A DNA stretch of 64,000 nt, taken from Cyanobacteria bacterium P01_D01_bin.156. GTDB lineage: Bacteria > Cyanobacteriota > Cyanobacteriia > Phormidesmidales > Phormidesmidaceae. The notes beneath the pieces are model-generated. The model worked only from the letters and a program-made list of their open reading frames with translations, did not search any database and was not told the origin of the DNA. This document shows, piece by piece, positions 19,562 through 30,033 of this stretch. Made by a program: the position numbers and the translations under genes. The stretch covers positions 1 through 64,000 of the forward strand of contig JBCCQQ010000021.1 of assembly GCA_039024555.1 (NCBI GenBank), in the 5' to 3' direction. Each line of letters opens with the position of its first letter. Positions within the stretch are counted from its first letter, which is position 1.

Positions 19562-21007
19562 ATGGCTGCTGCTACGCCACAAATTACCAACACTCTAAAA
19601 AAAGCAGTCGGTTTGCTAAGCGCACCCCATGCCGAGTTAAAGGCAACGATGCTTCGCCAATGCCAGCTGATCAACTATCCCAAACTACGCATTGCTGTAT
19701 ATGGTCCCTTTAACCACGGGAAATCCACTCTCCTCAATGCCCTACTCGGCAGTAAAACTCTTCCCATCGCATTGGTCCCGACTACAGGGACTGCCATTAC
19801 CATTACCCATGGGCCAGAAGTCACTAGCCGCATTACCCTCACCGACGGCAGCACCCTAACAGAGCCTGGTACTGCGCTACTGCAGCGCTATGCCACCTTA
19901 GATGACCAGCGCCAGATGTTACCAGAGGTGGCTACTGTTGAAGTGCAGTGTCCCCATCCTCTATTAAAACTGGGCGTGGAGCTTGTGGACCTACCCGGCA
20001 CCGACGATCAAACCACCCATAACCAACTGGTCTACACCAATCTATTAGAGACCGATGTGGTTATTCAACTGTTGGATGGTCGCAAACTCATGACCCTGGA
20101 TGAGCACAACCAGTTGCAAGACTGGCTGCTGGCTCGTGAGCTAACCACTGTTCTGTTCGTGGTGAATTTTCTAAATCTGGTGGAGCCAGCAGAGCGGCGA
20201 CTGGTGATCGAACGACTGGAAGAATTAACGACTAATCTGCCCACCACACTTCCCCCTGATGTGAGTAACTTTTATACCGTGGATGCTCTGCCTGCCTTAA
20301 GAGCACGCTTAAAGGGAGATATGGAGGCGGCTGAGGAATCGGGACTACTAGAGCTAGAAGTTGCTTTGCAAAGCCTTGTTCAATCTCGTCTCCCCTGTTT
20401 AGAGATCTATCGTTTAATGCGTCTGTCCCCCCTTATGGAACAGCTAAAGCAAGCTTTAAACCAACAGCTCCATGCCCTAGATAATGCCTCCCCTTCACGA
20501 CGTGAAATCCTTCAAAAACGTGCTCAGCAGCTATTGCAAACCGGCTTCCAGAAAAGTATTAATGACCTAGAAACCTGGCTTCAGTTAAATAATCTGTTAG
20601 CGCAATATCAACAGCGCATGGCAACCGAATATCAGGCTGGCAGGCTACCCCAATGGATAGAGGAGGCATTAAAACCTACTTTTAAACGAAAACAACAGAC
20701 CGTTGAAGACTGGGTGCAGAAAGCTAGGGACATGTTTGACCAAAATCGCATGCTGGATATGGAAATACCTTGGCCAGCCATGCCCAAAGATCTTTCTCCG
20801 TTAGGATACGAAGCTACTTACCAATATCTAAGCCATTGTTCGAAAACAACATTACTGGCATTAGAACGCTATAAAAAACAAGCGCAACTGCTCTTTACAG
20901 ACCCATTAGAACAATCTCAACGACAACGTGCCGGACAAAAAATGCTGCTTGAGAATACCCTGACTGATTTACAACATCTGGAAAGTGAGTTGATATCAAG
21001 CAAATAG
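19562..21007 (+). CDS. dynamin-family GTPase
   Basis: G1 GPFNHGKS, G2 PTT, G3 DLPG, degenerate G4 NFLN, helical C terminus. Confidence 0.85.
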   Translation: MAAATPQITNTLKKAVGLLSAPHAELKATMLRQCQLINYPKLRIAVYGPFNHGKSTLLNALLGSKTLPIALVPTTGTAITITHGPEVTSRITLTDGSTLTEPGTALLQRYATLDDQRQMLPEVATVEVQCPHPLLKLGVELVDLPGTDDQTTHNQLVYTNLLETDVVIQLLDGRKLMTLDEHNQLQDWLLARELTTVLFVVNFLNLVEPAERRLVIERLEELTTNLPTTLPPDVSNFYTVDALPALRARLKGDMEAAEESGLLELEVALQSLVQSRLPCLEIYRLMRLSPLMEQLKQALNQQLHALDNASPSRREILQKRAQQLLQTGFQKSINDLETWLQLNNLLAQYQQRMATEYQAGRLPQWIEEALKPTFKRKQQTVEDWVQKARDMFDQNRMLDMEIPWPAMPKDLSPLGYEATYQYLSHCSKTTLLALERYKKQAQLLFTDPLEQSQRQRAGQKMLLENTLTDLQHLESELISSK

Positions 21008-21060
21008 ATCCCCTTTTGAAGGATCTGGAACAATCTCTTGCAGAAGCTTAGATTGCGCGT

Positions 21061-21666
21061 CTAGTTTAAGCTCTCCAAACGTTTCCACTGGTTAACAATC
21101 CACGTTAGGCTGCGCCGCGTAAACCACAGGTATAAAAATGTTAGGCTGCCTAAAACAATACTGAGTAGCCAACGGCCTGTACCCATGGCCGCCAAAGTCC
21201 AGGTGCCCAGACCAAAGGCAAGACCATAGGCACACAGGGTACTGGAAAGAGCGATCGCAACTCGCCAAAACCCTGGTCGCCCCCCAGACAAAACCCCTAA
21301 AACACCTCCCATAACAAACCCAATAACAGCACCACCAATCGCCCATGTGGGATTTTGATCGGTCATTTGTCCAATGCTATAGAACAATAGAATCCCCCCT
21401 GACGCTGCTCCGCTGGCTAGCCCGGTCAGTCGAGGTGGAGCAACCTGAATCGATTGGAGTCCCATGGATGTAGCGGCCAAGGCTAAAAAGCCTGCCAGCG
21501 TGAGCGCTAATCCCCAGTCCGGACTATCGGGGAAAAGCCCTAAAACACTAAATACCAGACTGCTCAAAGCATGAAATGTGAAAAGTGCGATCGCCATCAG
21601 CCCCACAATACGTAAACTCTTTAGCCCGTGGTGAAGACTTAAAGAGTGCTTACGATTTTGATTCAT
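21061..21666 (-). CDS. hypothetical multi-pass membrane protein
   Basis: Several Gly/Ala-rich hydrophobic segments. Confidence 0.7.
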   Translation of the reverse strand: MNQNRKHSLSLHHGLKSLRIVGLMAIALFTFHALSSLVFSVLGLFPDSPDWGLALTLAGFLALAATSMGLQSIQVAPPRLTGLASGAASGGILLFYSIGQMTDQNPTWAIGGAVIGFVMGGVLGVLSGGRPGFWRVAIALSSTLCAYGLAFGLGTWTLAAMGTGRWLLSIVLGSLTFLYLWFTRRSLTWIVNQWKRLESLN

Positions 21667-21740
21667 AGTTAGTAAACGGATTAACCAGTGATTGATTTTG
21701 ATGGGATCTACAATCACAACCCAAGGGTTTACAGTTTTTT

Positions 21741-21831
21741 GCCGTTGCTGATTTATGGGATGGATCGATCTAACGACGCTCGCCCATGCCAGACTCTTTC
21801 AGAAAAAATCATTCCGAGGATCAGCAACGCC
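21741..21831 (+). mobile_element. 91-bp MITE (GGCGTTGCTGA family)
   Basis: GCCGTTGCTGA...TCAGCAACGCC, interior similar to the 37025 and 49212 copies. Confidence 0.8.
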
Positions 21832-21924
21832 TTTTTTTAATGTGTTGAATCTGATCGTTGATGACACTAACAATCAAAATACCACCCCCAACAGTAATCT
21901 CAATCGACGTTATTCATACCCCCC

Positions 21925-22842
21925 ATGCCCCTTCGGAAAAAAGCTACTAACAGTCTGATCTGGCTAGGATTATTAGCACCGTTAGCCCTATATGGAACCA
22001 ATATAGCTCGGCGTCCGCATCTGGATGAGCTTGCTCCTCAACCGTTGTTCCAAGGCATTACCTACAGCCGTCGAGTACAGCAGCAGCCTCGCCCCCAAAT
22101 TCTTCACATCATTGAAATCGATCTTGCAGCCCCAGGTATTGAACCTCTGGTGACTCCAGGAGCTCCCGACACCGTGGCCAATAATAGTAGTACTACTCTA
22201 ACCCAGGCACAAAAAACATCAGAATTTGTAGAAAGCCAGGGTGTGCAACTGGCCGTCAATGGCAATTTTTTCTATCCCTTTCGTGAGGTGACTCCCTGGA
22301 ACTTTTACCCCCACTCAGGCAATCGGGTAAATTCTGTGGGTATTGCCGTATCGGATGGCAACCTGGTGTCCGAGCAATTGAAAAAATGGCCCTCACTATG
22401 TTTTAGAAGCGACTGGGCAGAAATTCGTGCGGACGGGACCTGTAAAGACGGCCTCCAAGCCGTTGCTGGAAAAACCCTTATGTTGTCAAACGGCAAACCC
22501 ACAGAGGATGTCAAACAGCAAATTGCAGAGAAAACGCCAAAGCCTTATCCGTTTAATATCGCCGCTCTGGATGCCACAGGGACTCGACTATGGCTGATTT
22601 TGGCAGACGGCAAACAACCGCTCTATGCCGAGGGCATTACGTTAGAAGAATCTGTAGAACTCTTGCAAGAATTGAAAGTAGACACCGCACTGCGATTAGA
22701 TGGCGGTGGTTCAACAACAGTTGCTATGGCAACAGATACTGGCGCTAGGATACTAAATATCCCTATTCACACTAAAATTCCGGGTCGGCAGCGTCCGGTA
22801 GCCAACAATCTAGGCTTTTTTGCAAATCCGTTGACACCCTAG
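21925..22842 (+). CDS. phosphodiester glycosidase family protein (NAGPA/DUF2233)
   Basis: AVNGNFF, ADGKQP, LDGGGST, RPVAN motifs; N-terminal hydrophobic segment. Confidence 0.85.
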   Translation: MPLRKKATNSLIWLGLLAPLALYGTNIARRPHLDELAPQPLFQGITYSRRVQQQPRPQILHIIEIDLAAPGIEPLVTPGAPDTVANNSSTTLTQAQKTSEFVESQGVQLAVNGNFFYPFREVTPWNFYPHSGNRVNSVGIAVSDGNLVSEQLKKWPSLCFRSDWAEIRADGTCKDGLQAVAGKTLMLSNGKPTEDVKQQIAEKTPKPYPFNIAALDATGTRLWLILADGKQPLYAEGITLEESVELLQELKVDTALRLDGGGSTTVAMATDTGARILNIPIHTKIPGRQRPVANNLGFFANPLTP

Positions 22843-23139
22843 AAACCGCCTATAGCTTTTAGCGCGCACTGATGTGGTGCACTATGTACGCCAAGCTATC
22901 CAAGCAACCTAAGTTTTTTCTGTGAGTCCCACTTAATTCTGTTGGTTTATAAAGAGCTCACAGAGGCTAAATCAATTTTTTATGAGACTTTTAGGGTTTG
23001 ATATAACCTTAATAATGTCTCCTATGAATTCATATAAAGTTTGGACAGAACTAGGGTTTTCACCTACTAATTCATATATCGTTTGAGTAGGGTCAGAATT
23101 TTCACGTAGACGATATTCCTGAATCAATTTAGAAAACCC

Positions 23140-26100
23140 ATGACTAAGCGCCTGGCTCCCTCGGGAGTATATGATTCCACCTTCGCATTTCTTGCGCTAG
23201 CCGATGGGGAGCAGGTGGTTCAAGACGCAACCATCGTTGACTCCACTGCGACAGCCATCGTTACTTTTCTACTAGCAGAAGATGAGAGCGGGTTAGCTTA
23301 TAAAATCCAGCTCAATGGTTTGAACCTCAAAGCAGATCCGCTTAGCCGTACGACAGATAACGACGTTACCAGGATTCACTTCCATGTTGGTGCACCGGGT
23401 ACCAACGGTGGTCACACACTAAATATTTTTGGTATACCTAGCCAGGATGACAATGATGTCATCATTGATTACGAGAATAATATTATCTCAGGGATTTGGG
23501 ACGATCCTGATGCCACTGATCTAAATGGTGATGGCGATACAGATGATGGCCCAGAATCTAAGCCCATAAGCGACTTTCTCGATGAGCTAAACGCAGGTGA
23601 ACTCTATATTCAGGTTCATGATGTCGCTTCGGATAAGCTGGGAACGCCCGGTGCCGTGCGGGGTCAAATTCAGCCGCTCAAATCTGATAAGAGTTTTACG
23701 GTGTTGGCTGAGGGGAACAAAGTTGTTCAACCCCAATCAATTCCCGATTCTACGACAACTGCAACCGCAACATTTACTCCCCTGAATGACGGAGAGCTAT
23801 TGGCCTACCACATTGAGTTGGATGGTCTAAATCTTGAGGCTGATCCTACCAAGAGAACGGCAGACAATGATGTCACAAAGATTCATCTACACCAGGGAGC
23901 TGAAGGGGCGAATGGTCCCCACGCCCTGAATATAGCCGGTAAGCCCAGTGAAGATGATCTAAATCTCTTGATAGATTTTGAACGCAATGCGCTGATAGGT
24001 GTCTGGGATGATACCGATGCCAGCGATTTAAATGGTGATGGCGACAGTAATGATGGGCCAGAAACAAAGCTTCTGAGTGAGCTGATTGACGAGATAGAAG
24101 CACGACAAACCTATCTACAGGTTCATGCTGTAGAGGCTGATAAGCTGGGAACTCCGGGGACAGTGCGAGGACAGCTAGATCCATCCATCACGAAGCCGAC
24201 ACCGTCAAAGCAAGAGATTTTTGTTGCGATCGCAGACGGCCCCCAAGTTGTTCAAGATCCCTCTGTTCCTGACAGCAAGGCAACCGCAACAGTTACCTTC
24301 ATTTTGGCAGAGGATGGTAGCGGTCTTGCTTATCAGATTCAGCTGAATGGCCTTACCCTAAAGGAAGATCCGGCGGCTCGTACTGAAGATAATGATGTCA
24401 CCAAAATTCATATCCATGCCGGTGAACGTGGCCAAAACGGTCCCCACACCCTAAATATTTTTGGTAAGCCCAGTGAAGACGATGATAATCTTGTCGTAGA
24501 TTACGAAAATGGCATCATTACCGGTATGTGGGACAACGGCGATGCCACCGACCTCAACGGCGATGGTGACACTGACGACGGGCCAGAATCGAAACCCCTC
24601 AGTGAGTTTATTGAGGCACTGAGAGCGGGCGATCTGTACATTCAGGTTCACGATGTTGCTGCCGACAAACTGGACACTCCTGGCAGTGTTCGGGGGCAAA
24701 TTATGCCCATCGACGCAGTAGACAGCTTCACCATGGTGGCTGATGGTGAGCAGGTGGTTCAGGACGAATCTATTGCAGATTCTGCCGCTACAGCAACTGC
24801 CACCTTTACCCCTACTGAGGAAGGGTTAGCCTACGAGATTGAGATTGACGGTCTCACCCTAAAAGCAGATCCGGCCAACCGCACAGAAGATAATGACGTG
24901 ACCAAAATTCACGTGCACATTGGTCCCGAAGGCGAAAATGGTCCCCATGGTCTCAACATTTTTGGTAAACCCAGTGAAGATGATGACGATCTCGAAGTAG
25001 ATTTTGAAAACGGGATTATCAGAGGTCTTTGGGACGATGGTGATGCCACCGATCTAAATGGTGATGGAGATACCAGCGATCCGAATGAAACTAAGCCCCT
25101 CAGTGAGCTGATTGATGAATTGGAAGCTGGGCAGCTCTATCTTCAGATTCATGATGTAGCTGCTGACAAGTTAGGGACTCCTGGCACCATTCGCGGGCAG
25201 ATTAACCCACCACCTCAGGCCGATGTTTTTACCCTGGTGGCCGATGGCGCCCAAGTGGTGCAAGACGAGTCTATTCCTGACTCTACGGCTAGAGCAACTG
25301 CCACCTTCATTCTGGCAAAGGATGGTAGCGGTCTGACCTATCAGATCAAGCTAGATGGGCTATCCCTCACAGAAGACATCGTTGACCGCACCGCAGCCAA
25401 CGATGTCACCCGCATTCATCTGCACGTGGGTCCTGAAGGTGAAAATGGTCCCCACACCTTAAACATCTTTGGACTGCCAAGTGAAGATGACGACAATCTG
25501 GTCATTGATTTTGAAAATGGCATCATCACCGGCATTTGGGATGACCATGATGCTACCGACCTGAATGGCGACGGTGATACCGATGATGGGCCGGAAACTA
25601 AACCCCTTAGTAACTTCATCAATGAGTTACAAACTGGTGAAATCTATATTCAGATCCACACTGTGGAATCCGACCAGCTAGGTACCCCTGGTGCTATTCG
25701 TGGTCAAGTGGTTCCCCTATTTGAAACAGATCAACCCCTTCCCCTGACTCCCCCCATAGAAAACATCGTCGGCACCAATGCTAAAGACAACATTGTGGGT
25801 GGCCCTGGGGCTCAGCTTATCCTCGGCCAAGGGGGAGATGATGCCCTTCGAGGTGGCCCTGGCAACGACGAGATCTTTGGTGACGACGGCAATGATGTCA
25901 TCCGCGACGGCGTCGGTGACGACACTCTCAACGGTGGCGATGGCAATGATAGTCTTGACGGCGGTGCTGGCAATGACCTGCTAAAAGGCGGTGCTGGCGA
26001 CGATAACTTATTTGGTGCCCGGGATAACGATACTCTTAAGGGTGGAAGCGGCAACGACATTGTCAAAGGAGGTATGGGCGACGACTATATCTCCGGTAAT

Positions 26101-26667
26101 GCTGGCAATGACCTACTCCAGGGGGGCATCGGCAACGATCTACTAAAAGGTGACGACGGTGACGATGACTTGGACGGCGGCGTTGGTAACGACCTGCTAA
26201 AGGGTGGCTATGGGGATGACAAACTGTTTGGCGGTCGCGACAATGATACCCTCAAGGGAGATAATGGCAATGACATCGTCATGGGTGGCATGGGCGACGA
26301 CAACTTAGAAGGCAATGACGGTAAAGATTTTGTCCAGGGTGGCCTGGGTAACGATAACCTAGACGGTGGGGCCGGTAAAGATACCTTGTCCGGTGGTGAG
26401 GGCAACGACAACCTCATTGGTGGCGAGGGCAACGATCTACTGGCTGGTGGTCGCGGCTACGACACCTTTATTCTCATGGTGGGTGGTGGTACCGATACCA
26501 TTACTGACTTCGGGGTTGGCATTGACCTGATTGGTCTATCCAGTGGTTTGAGTTTTAGCAAGCTTACGCTTACGGGCAATGATATTGTCTTCAATAATGA
26601 AGTCCTGGCAACTCTAGATGGTGTTGTTACTAGTGATCTAACAGAAGCTAACTTTACGGTTATCTAA
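23140..26667 (+). CDS. five CHRD domains plus C-terminal RTX calcium-binding repeats
   Basis: Five ~170-aa units (G.QVVQ ... IH.H ... YIQVH ... RGQI), then many GGxGxDxLx nonapeptides and a DTITDF tail. Confidence 0.85.
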   Translation: MTKRLAPSGVYDSTFAFLALADGEQVVQDATIVDSTATAIVTFLLAEDESGLAYKIQLNGLNLKADPLSRTTDNDVTRIHFHVGAPGTNGGHTLNIFGIPSQDDNDVIIDYENNIISGIWDDPDATDLNGDGDTDDGPESKPISDFLDELNAGELYIQVHDVASDKLGTPGAVRGQIQPLKSDKSFTVLAEGNKVVQPQSIPDSTTTATATFTPLNDGELLAYHIELDGLNLEADPTKRTADNDVTKIHLHQGAEGANGPHALNIAGKPSEDDLNLLIDFERNALIGVWDDTDASDLNGDGDSNDGPETKLLSELIDEIEARQTYLQVHAVEADKLGTPGTVRGQLDPSITKPTPSKQEIFVAIADGPQVVQDPSVPDSKATATVTFILAEDGSGLAYQIQLNGLTLKEDPAARTEDNDVTKIHIHAGERGQNGPHTLNIFGKPSEDDDNLVVDYENGIITGMWDNGDATDLNGDGDTDDGPESKPLSEFIEALRAGDLYIQVHDVAADKLDTPGSVRGQIMPIDAVDSFTMVADGEQVVQDESIADSAATATATFTPTEEGLAYEIEIDGLTLKADPANRTEDNDVTKIHVHIGPEGENGPHGLNIFGKPSEDDDDLEVDFENGIIRGLWDDGDATDLNGDGDTSDPNETKPLSELIDELEAGQLYLQIHDVAADKLGTPGTIRGQINPPPQADVFTLVADGAQVVQDESIPDSTARATATFILAKDGSGLTYQIKLDGLSLTEDIVDRTAANDVTRIHLHVGPEGENGPHTLNIFGLPSEDDDNLVIDFENGIITGIWDDHDATDLNGDGDTDDGPETKPLSNFINELQTGEIYIQIHTVESDQLGTPGAIRGQVVPLFETDQPLPLTPPIENIVGTNAKDNIVGGPGAQLILGQGGDDALRGGPGNDEIFGDDGNDVIRDGVGDDTLNGGDGNDSLDGGAGNDLLKGGAGDDNLFGARDNDTLKGGSGNDIVKGGMGDDYISGNAGNDLLQGGIGNDLLKGDDGDDDLDGGVGNDLLKGGYGDDKLFGGRDNDTLKGDNGNDIVMGGMGDDNLEGNDGKDFVQGGLGNDNLDGGAGKDTLSGGEGNDNLIGGEGNDLLAGGRGYDTFILMVGGGTDTITDFGVGIDLIGLSSGLSFSKLTLTGNDIVFNNEVLATLDGVVTSDLTEANFTVI

Positions 26668-26694
26668 AGCACTCTCTAGATAAAAAAGAGAGAC

Positions 26695-26728
26695 CAAAGG
26701 GGCCTGAAAAATTTTTCAGGCCCCTTTG
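26695..26728. terminator. perfect 34-bp palindrome downstream of the CHRD gene
   Basis: CAAAGGGGCCTGAAAAA|TTTTTCAGGCCCCTTTG. Confidence 0.65.
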
Positions 26729-27254
26729 AGTCTTAAATACGGAGAAGGTAAGACTCTTTTTAAGACCATATGCGCCGACATTTGAGCAGAAAATCTGCTA
26801 GCTCTACTCTACCGATTGGCAAATTTTGAACGGCTTCTTAATGGCCCCCATAGCGTTTCTCCATCAGATAAACCTATTTGACAGACTTATGCACGACAAC
26901 TGAATAAAATACTTCAGTACAGAGCATCTATAAACAGCACACCCAGTACATGAGATTGAGTCTCAATAGCAAAATCAACAAAAATTGTTTTATTAATCAT
27001 AAACTCTAGATAGTGCAAAGACTCTTTAGTTAAACAATGTTTAATTACTAAGCATTTCTCCCAACTGAAACCTATATCAGGGTTTACGTACATTTACAGA
27101 AAACTTCTAAAAAAACAATTAAACCCAATAAAATTTAGAAAAAATAACTGCTTTTTCTAAATTGGTCAAATCCTTTAGCGAGAGCCCTCTGAGGTCTTTA
27201 AATGATTTTGGTATCAGTGAAGACCGTTTTGCCTTTAACTATAGCGAATCTTCT

Positions 27255-27273
27255 ATTAACCTCCCCTTTACCT
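27255..27273 (+). promoter_or_regulatory. putative Pho box (SphR site)
   Basis: ATTAACCT-ccc-CTTTACCT, 11-bp period, matches PyTTAAPyPy(T/A). Confidence 0.55.
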
Positions 27274-27390
27274 TAAAAAAAATCGTTTGTGGAACTATGT
27301 CTTGTGGGGGATAAGTGGTAGTCGTCTGACTGACACTGTCTGAGTTGAGTTTCATAAGTACTGCCAAGGTATGTTGGCTAGTTATTTTTT

Positions 27391-27921
27391 ATGCTATCTA
27401 GCAGGCTGTTGCTGGGCCTTTTCTCAGTGGTGACGTGTTCTATTAGCGCGTTGTTTGTAGTCAGTTTTCCTGAGTCAGCCCTAGCAAGTTCAAACAGGCC
27501 AATCCTTCTGGATATGCCAATTTACAGTCGAACTTCTAGCGATGACTTAATCAGTCAGGCTGAGTCTATGGCCGAGAAAGAGATTAATCAATCCTTCAGC
27601 TCCAATCCTGAACTTGCTGAGATTGAGGTTGTTGTATTGGGTAATCGCAATGGTGATGTTATCCCCGTTTTGACGACCACTGTTTCTCGGACTCAATGGC
27701 AGGAAAATCCACAGGTTAGTGCCTGGTCAAAGTATTACCAAGCATATGCTTTACTGCGACGGCACGATAGGCAGCCGCCTACACAGGTTGCCAACACTCC
27801 GTCTCGCCGCTCTACAGCAGCTGTTGCGTCGCGGAGTATTTCCATTCAGTTTGATCGACAGTTCGACTCTAATCGGCTAAGCGGTCAAACAATACAAGAC
27901 TACGCTGACCTTGTGGACTAG
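27391..27921 (+). CDS. secreted hypothetical protein (paralog of 30873-31358), upstream of phoX
   Basis: Signal peptide (..SALA|S); RNGDVIPVL...SRTQWQENP...W motif shared with the paralog. Confidence 0.75.
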   Translation: MLSSRLLLGLFSVVTCSISALFVVSFPESALASSNRPILLDMPIYSRTSSDDLISQAESMAEKEINQSFSSNPELAEIEVVVLGNRNGDVIPVLTTTVSRTQWQENPQVSAWSKYYQAYALLRRHDRQPPTQVANTPSRRSTAAVASRSISIQFDRQFDSNRLSGQTIQDYADLVD

Positions 27922-28049
27922 CGTTCAAAAGGTTAACTCGATGGACGGAGTTCTCCTGATGGGGTTCCTCAAAAGGGACTTGATTGGAGGGCTTCACGGT
28001 CAGTTTCTTAATTGGTGCAATCGCGATCTAAGAGGGAGCTCATATATCC

Positions 28050-29924
28050 ATGCCTCACGACAACGAAGTCTGCAATCGTTCTAGTAACCGTCCCTTTGAG
28101 GACATCATGAAAGCGAGCCTATCTCGCCGTAATCTGCTTAAGCGCAGTGCTGTTCTATCAGCTACTGGCTTCATGGGCGCATTTGTTGGTGAAAGCTTAC
28201 TGGCAAAAAGTGCTGCTGCTGCTACTCGTCAAGTAGGCGGTGGTACTCTACTAGCTCAGACAACTGGTCTGCTTGGCTTCCCTGCATTGAAAATTGCAGA
28301 CGCTATTGTGGACCCAGCTACACCTTCTATTGCTGAAGGGTACTCATTTCAGGCTCTAGTTCCTTGGGGAACACCTATTCAGCCTGGTGGTCCTGAGTAC
28401 GATGGTGACCCCTCTACTCGCCCCACAGCTGCTGAACAAGCTGAGCAGGTTGGTATTGGCCACGATGGTATTTGGTTCTTTGGTAAGAATGGCCTCAGCA
28501 GTACTGAAGGTATGCTGTGTGTGAACCATGAGTTTGGTCGCAACAGCCATGTCCTTGGTAAAGATGCTCCTGAGAGTTTGGAAGACGTTCGTCTGTCTCA
28601 GCACGCTCATGGTGTTTCCGTTATTGCTATTAAGAACGAAAATGGTCAGTGGGTTCCCGTTGGTAACTCCAACAACCGCCGTATCCATGTGAACACTGAG
28701 GTTGAATTCAGTGGACCTGTAGCAGGTCATGATCTGCTAAAGAACGCTGCCAATAACGTTTTCCAGGGTACTGTTAACAACTGTGGTAACGGTTACACTC
28801 CTTGGGGCACTTATCTGACCTGTGAAGAGAACTTCAACGGTTACTTTGGTTCTTCTGAGGGAGAAGCTTTTGTTCCTAACGAAGAGCAAGATCGTTACGG
28901 TTTTGATTTCGATGGTTTTGGCTACGGTTGGGAGAAGTTCGACCCCCGCTTTGACCTATCTAACCCCGATTATGCAAACGAGCATCATCGCTTTGGTTGG
29001 ATTGTTGAAATCGACCCCGAAGATGGCTCTAAGAAGGCGGTAAAGCGTACAGCTCTAGGTCGTTTTAAGCATGAAGGTTTCGCCTTCTCCACCGGTGCTG
29101 GCGGTCGTGCAGTTGGTTACATGGGTGATGACCAGCGTTTTGACTACTGCTATCGATATGTTTCTCAGGCTAGCTGGCGTGCAATGCGTGCTCGTGGTTT
29201 GAGCCCCTTTGACTTTGGTAAGCTTTACGTTGCCAAGTTCAACGAAGATGGTACTGGTGAATGGTTGGAGCTGAATGTTCGCAACCCCAAGCTAAGTGCA
29301 AGATTTAAGGATCAAGCTGAGGTTCTAACCTTTGCTCGCATAGCTGCTGACATTCTAGGTGCGACTCCTATGGATCGCCCTGAGTGGACTACAGTTGCTA
29401 ACGATGGTGCTATTTTCTGGGCGCTGACTAACAACAGCCGTCGTGAAGAAACTGGTCCTGGTAGCCCTCTAGCTCCCAACCCAGACGGTCACATTCTCCG
29501 CATGGTTGATAGCAACAACCACACTGGTACTAGCTTCACTTGGACTATTCCGTTCATTGCTGAAGAGACTCACGAAGAGGGTGATGAGACTACATTCAGC
29601 GATCCTGATGCACTTTGGGCTGACCCCGATGGTCGTCTGTTCATCGGTACTGACGGTGGTCAGCAGAAGGATCTAAACAACCAGATGTTGGTTGCTGACC
29701 CTGCCACTGGTGAGATTCGTCGTCTATTCACTGGCGTAGCAGGTGATGAAATCACTGGTTGTGCAGTTACTCCTGACCGTACTGCTTTGTTCACCAACAC
29801 TCAGCATCCCGGTAACGGTAACCCTGAACTGACTAACTTCCCTGCACCCACTGACGGTGTAACTATTCCTCGTGATTGCACTGTCGTTATCACGAAGAAT
29901 GACGGTGGTATCGTTGGTTCCTAA
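28050..29924 (+). CDS. phoX: PhoX-family alkaline phosphatase, Tat-exported
   Basis: SRRNLLK Tat motif, HDG, VNHE, NCGNGYTPWGTYLTCEEN, GRFKHE, MDRPE, NTQHPG. Confidence 0.93.
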   Translation: MPHDNEVCNRSSNRPFEDIMKASLSRRNLLKRSAVLSATGFMGAFVGESLLAKSAAAATRQVGGGTLLAQTTGLLGFPALKIADAIVDPATPSIAEGYSFQALVPWGTPIQPGGPEYDGDPSTRPTAAEQAEQVGIGHDGIWFFGKNGLSSTEGMLCVNHEFGRNSHVLGKDAPESLEDVRLSQHAHGVSVIAIKNENGQWVPVGNSNNRRIHVNTEVEFSGPVAGHDLLKNAANNVFQGTVNNCGNGYTPWGTYLTCEENFNGYFGSSEGEAFVPNEEQDRYGFDFDGFGYGWEKFDPRFDLSNPDYANEHHRFGWIVEIDPEDGSKKAVKRTALGRFKHEGFAFSTGAGGRAVGYMGDDQRFDYCYRYVSQASWRAMRARGLSPFDFGKLYVAKFNEDGTGEWLELNVRNPKLSARFKDQAEVLTFARIAADILGATPMDRPEWTTVANDGAIFWALTNNSRREETGPGSPLAPNPDGHILRMVDSNNHTGTSFTWTIPFIAEETHEEGDETTFSDPDALWADPDGRLFIGTDGGQQKDLNNQMLVADPATGEIRRLFTGVAGDEITGCAVTPDRTALFTNTQHPGNGNPELTNFPAPTDGVTIPRDCTVVITKNDGGIVGS

Positions 29925-29935
29925 CTAGTGAGTGT

Positions 29936-29970
29936 TTCCCGCTGTGGATGATATTTGTCCACAGTGGGAA
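29936..29970 (+). terminator. stem-loop after phoX
   Basis: TTCCCGCTGTGGA ... TCCACAGTGGGAA. Confidence 0.5.
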
Positions 29971-30033
29971 AATAACTGGGGGGACGTGACGCAGATTTCA
30001 TTCATCATTTCTTTTTATCAATATCATAGAGTT

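Noticed and set aside
22900..23139. Pho box upstream of the CHRD gene
   Set aside because: Only a single weak half-site (TATAACCT) without 11-bp periodic partners
29932..30033. N-terminal extension of the PEP-CTERM ORF given in the track
   Set aside because: It spans a hairpin; the signal peptide begins at ATG 30034
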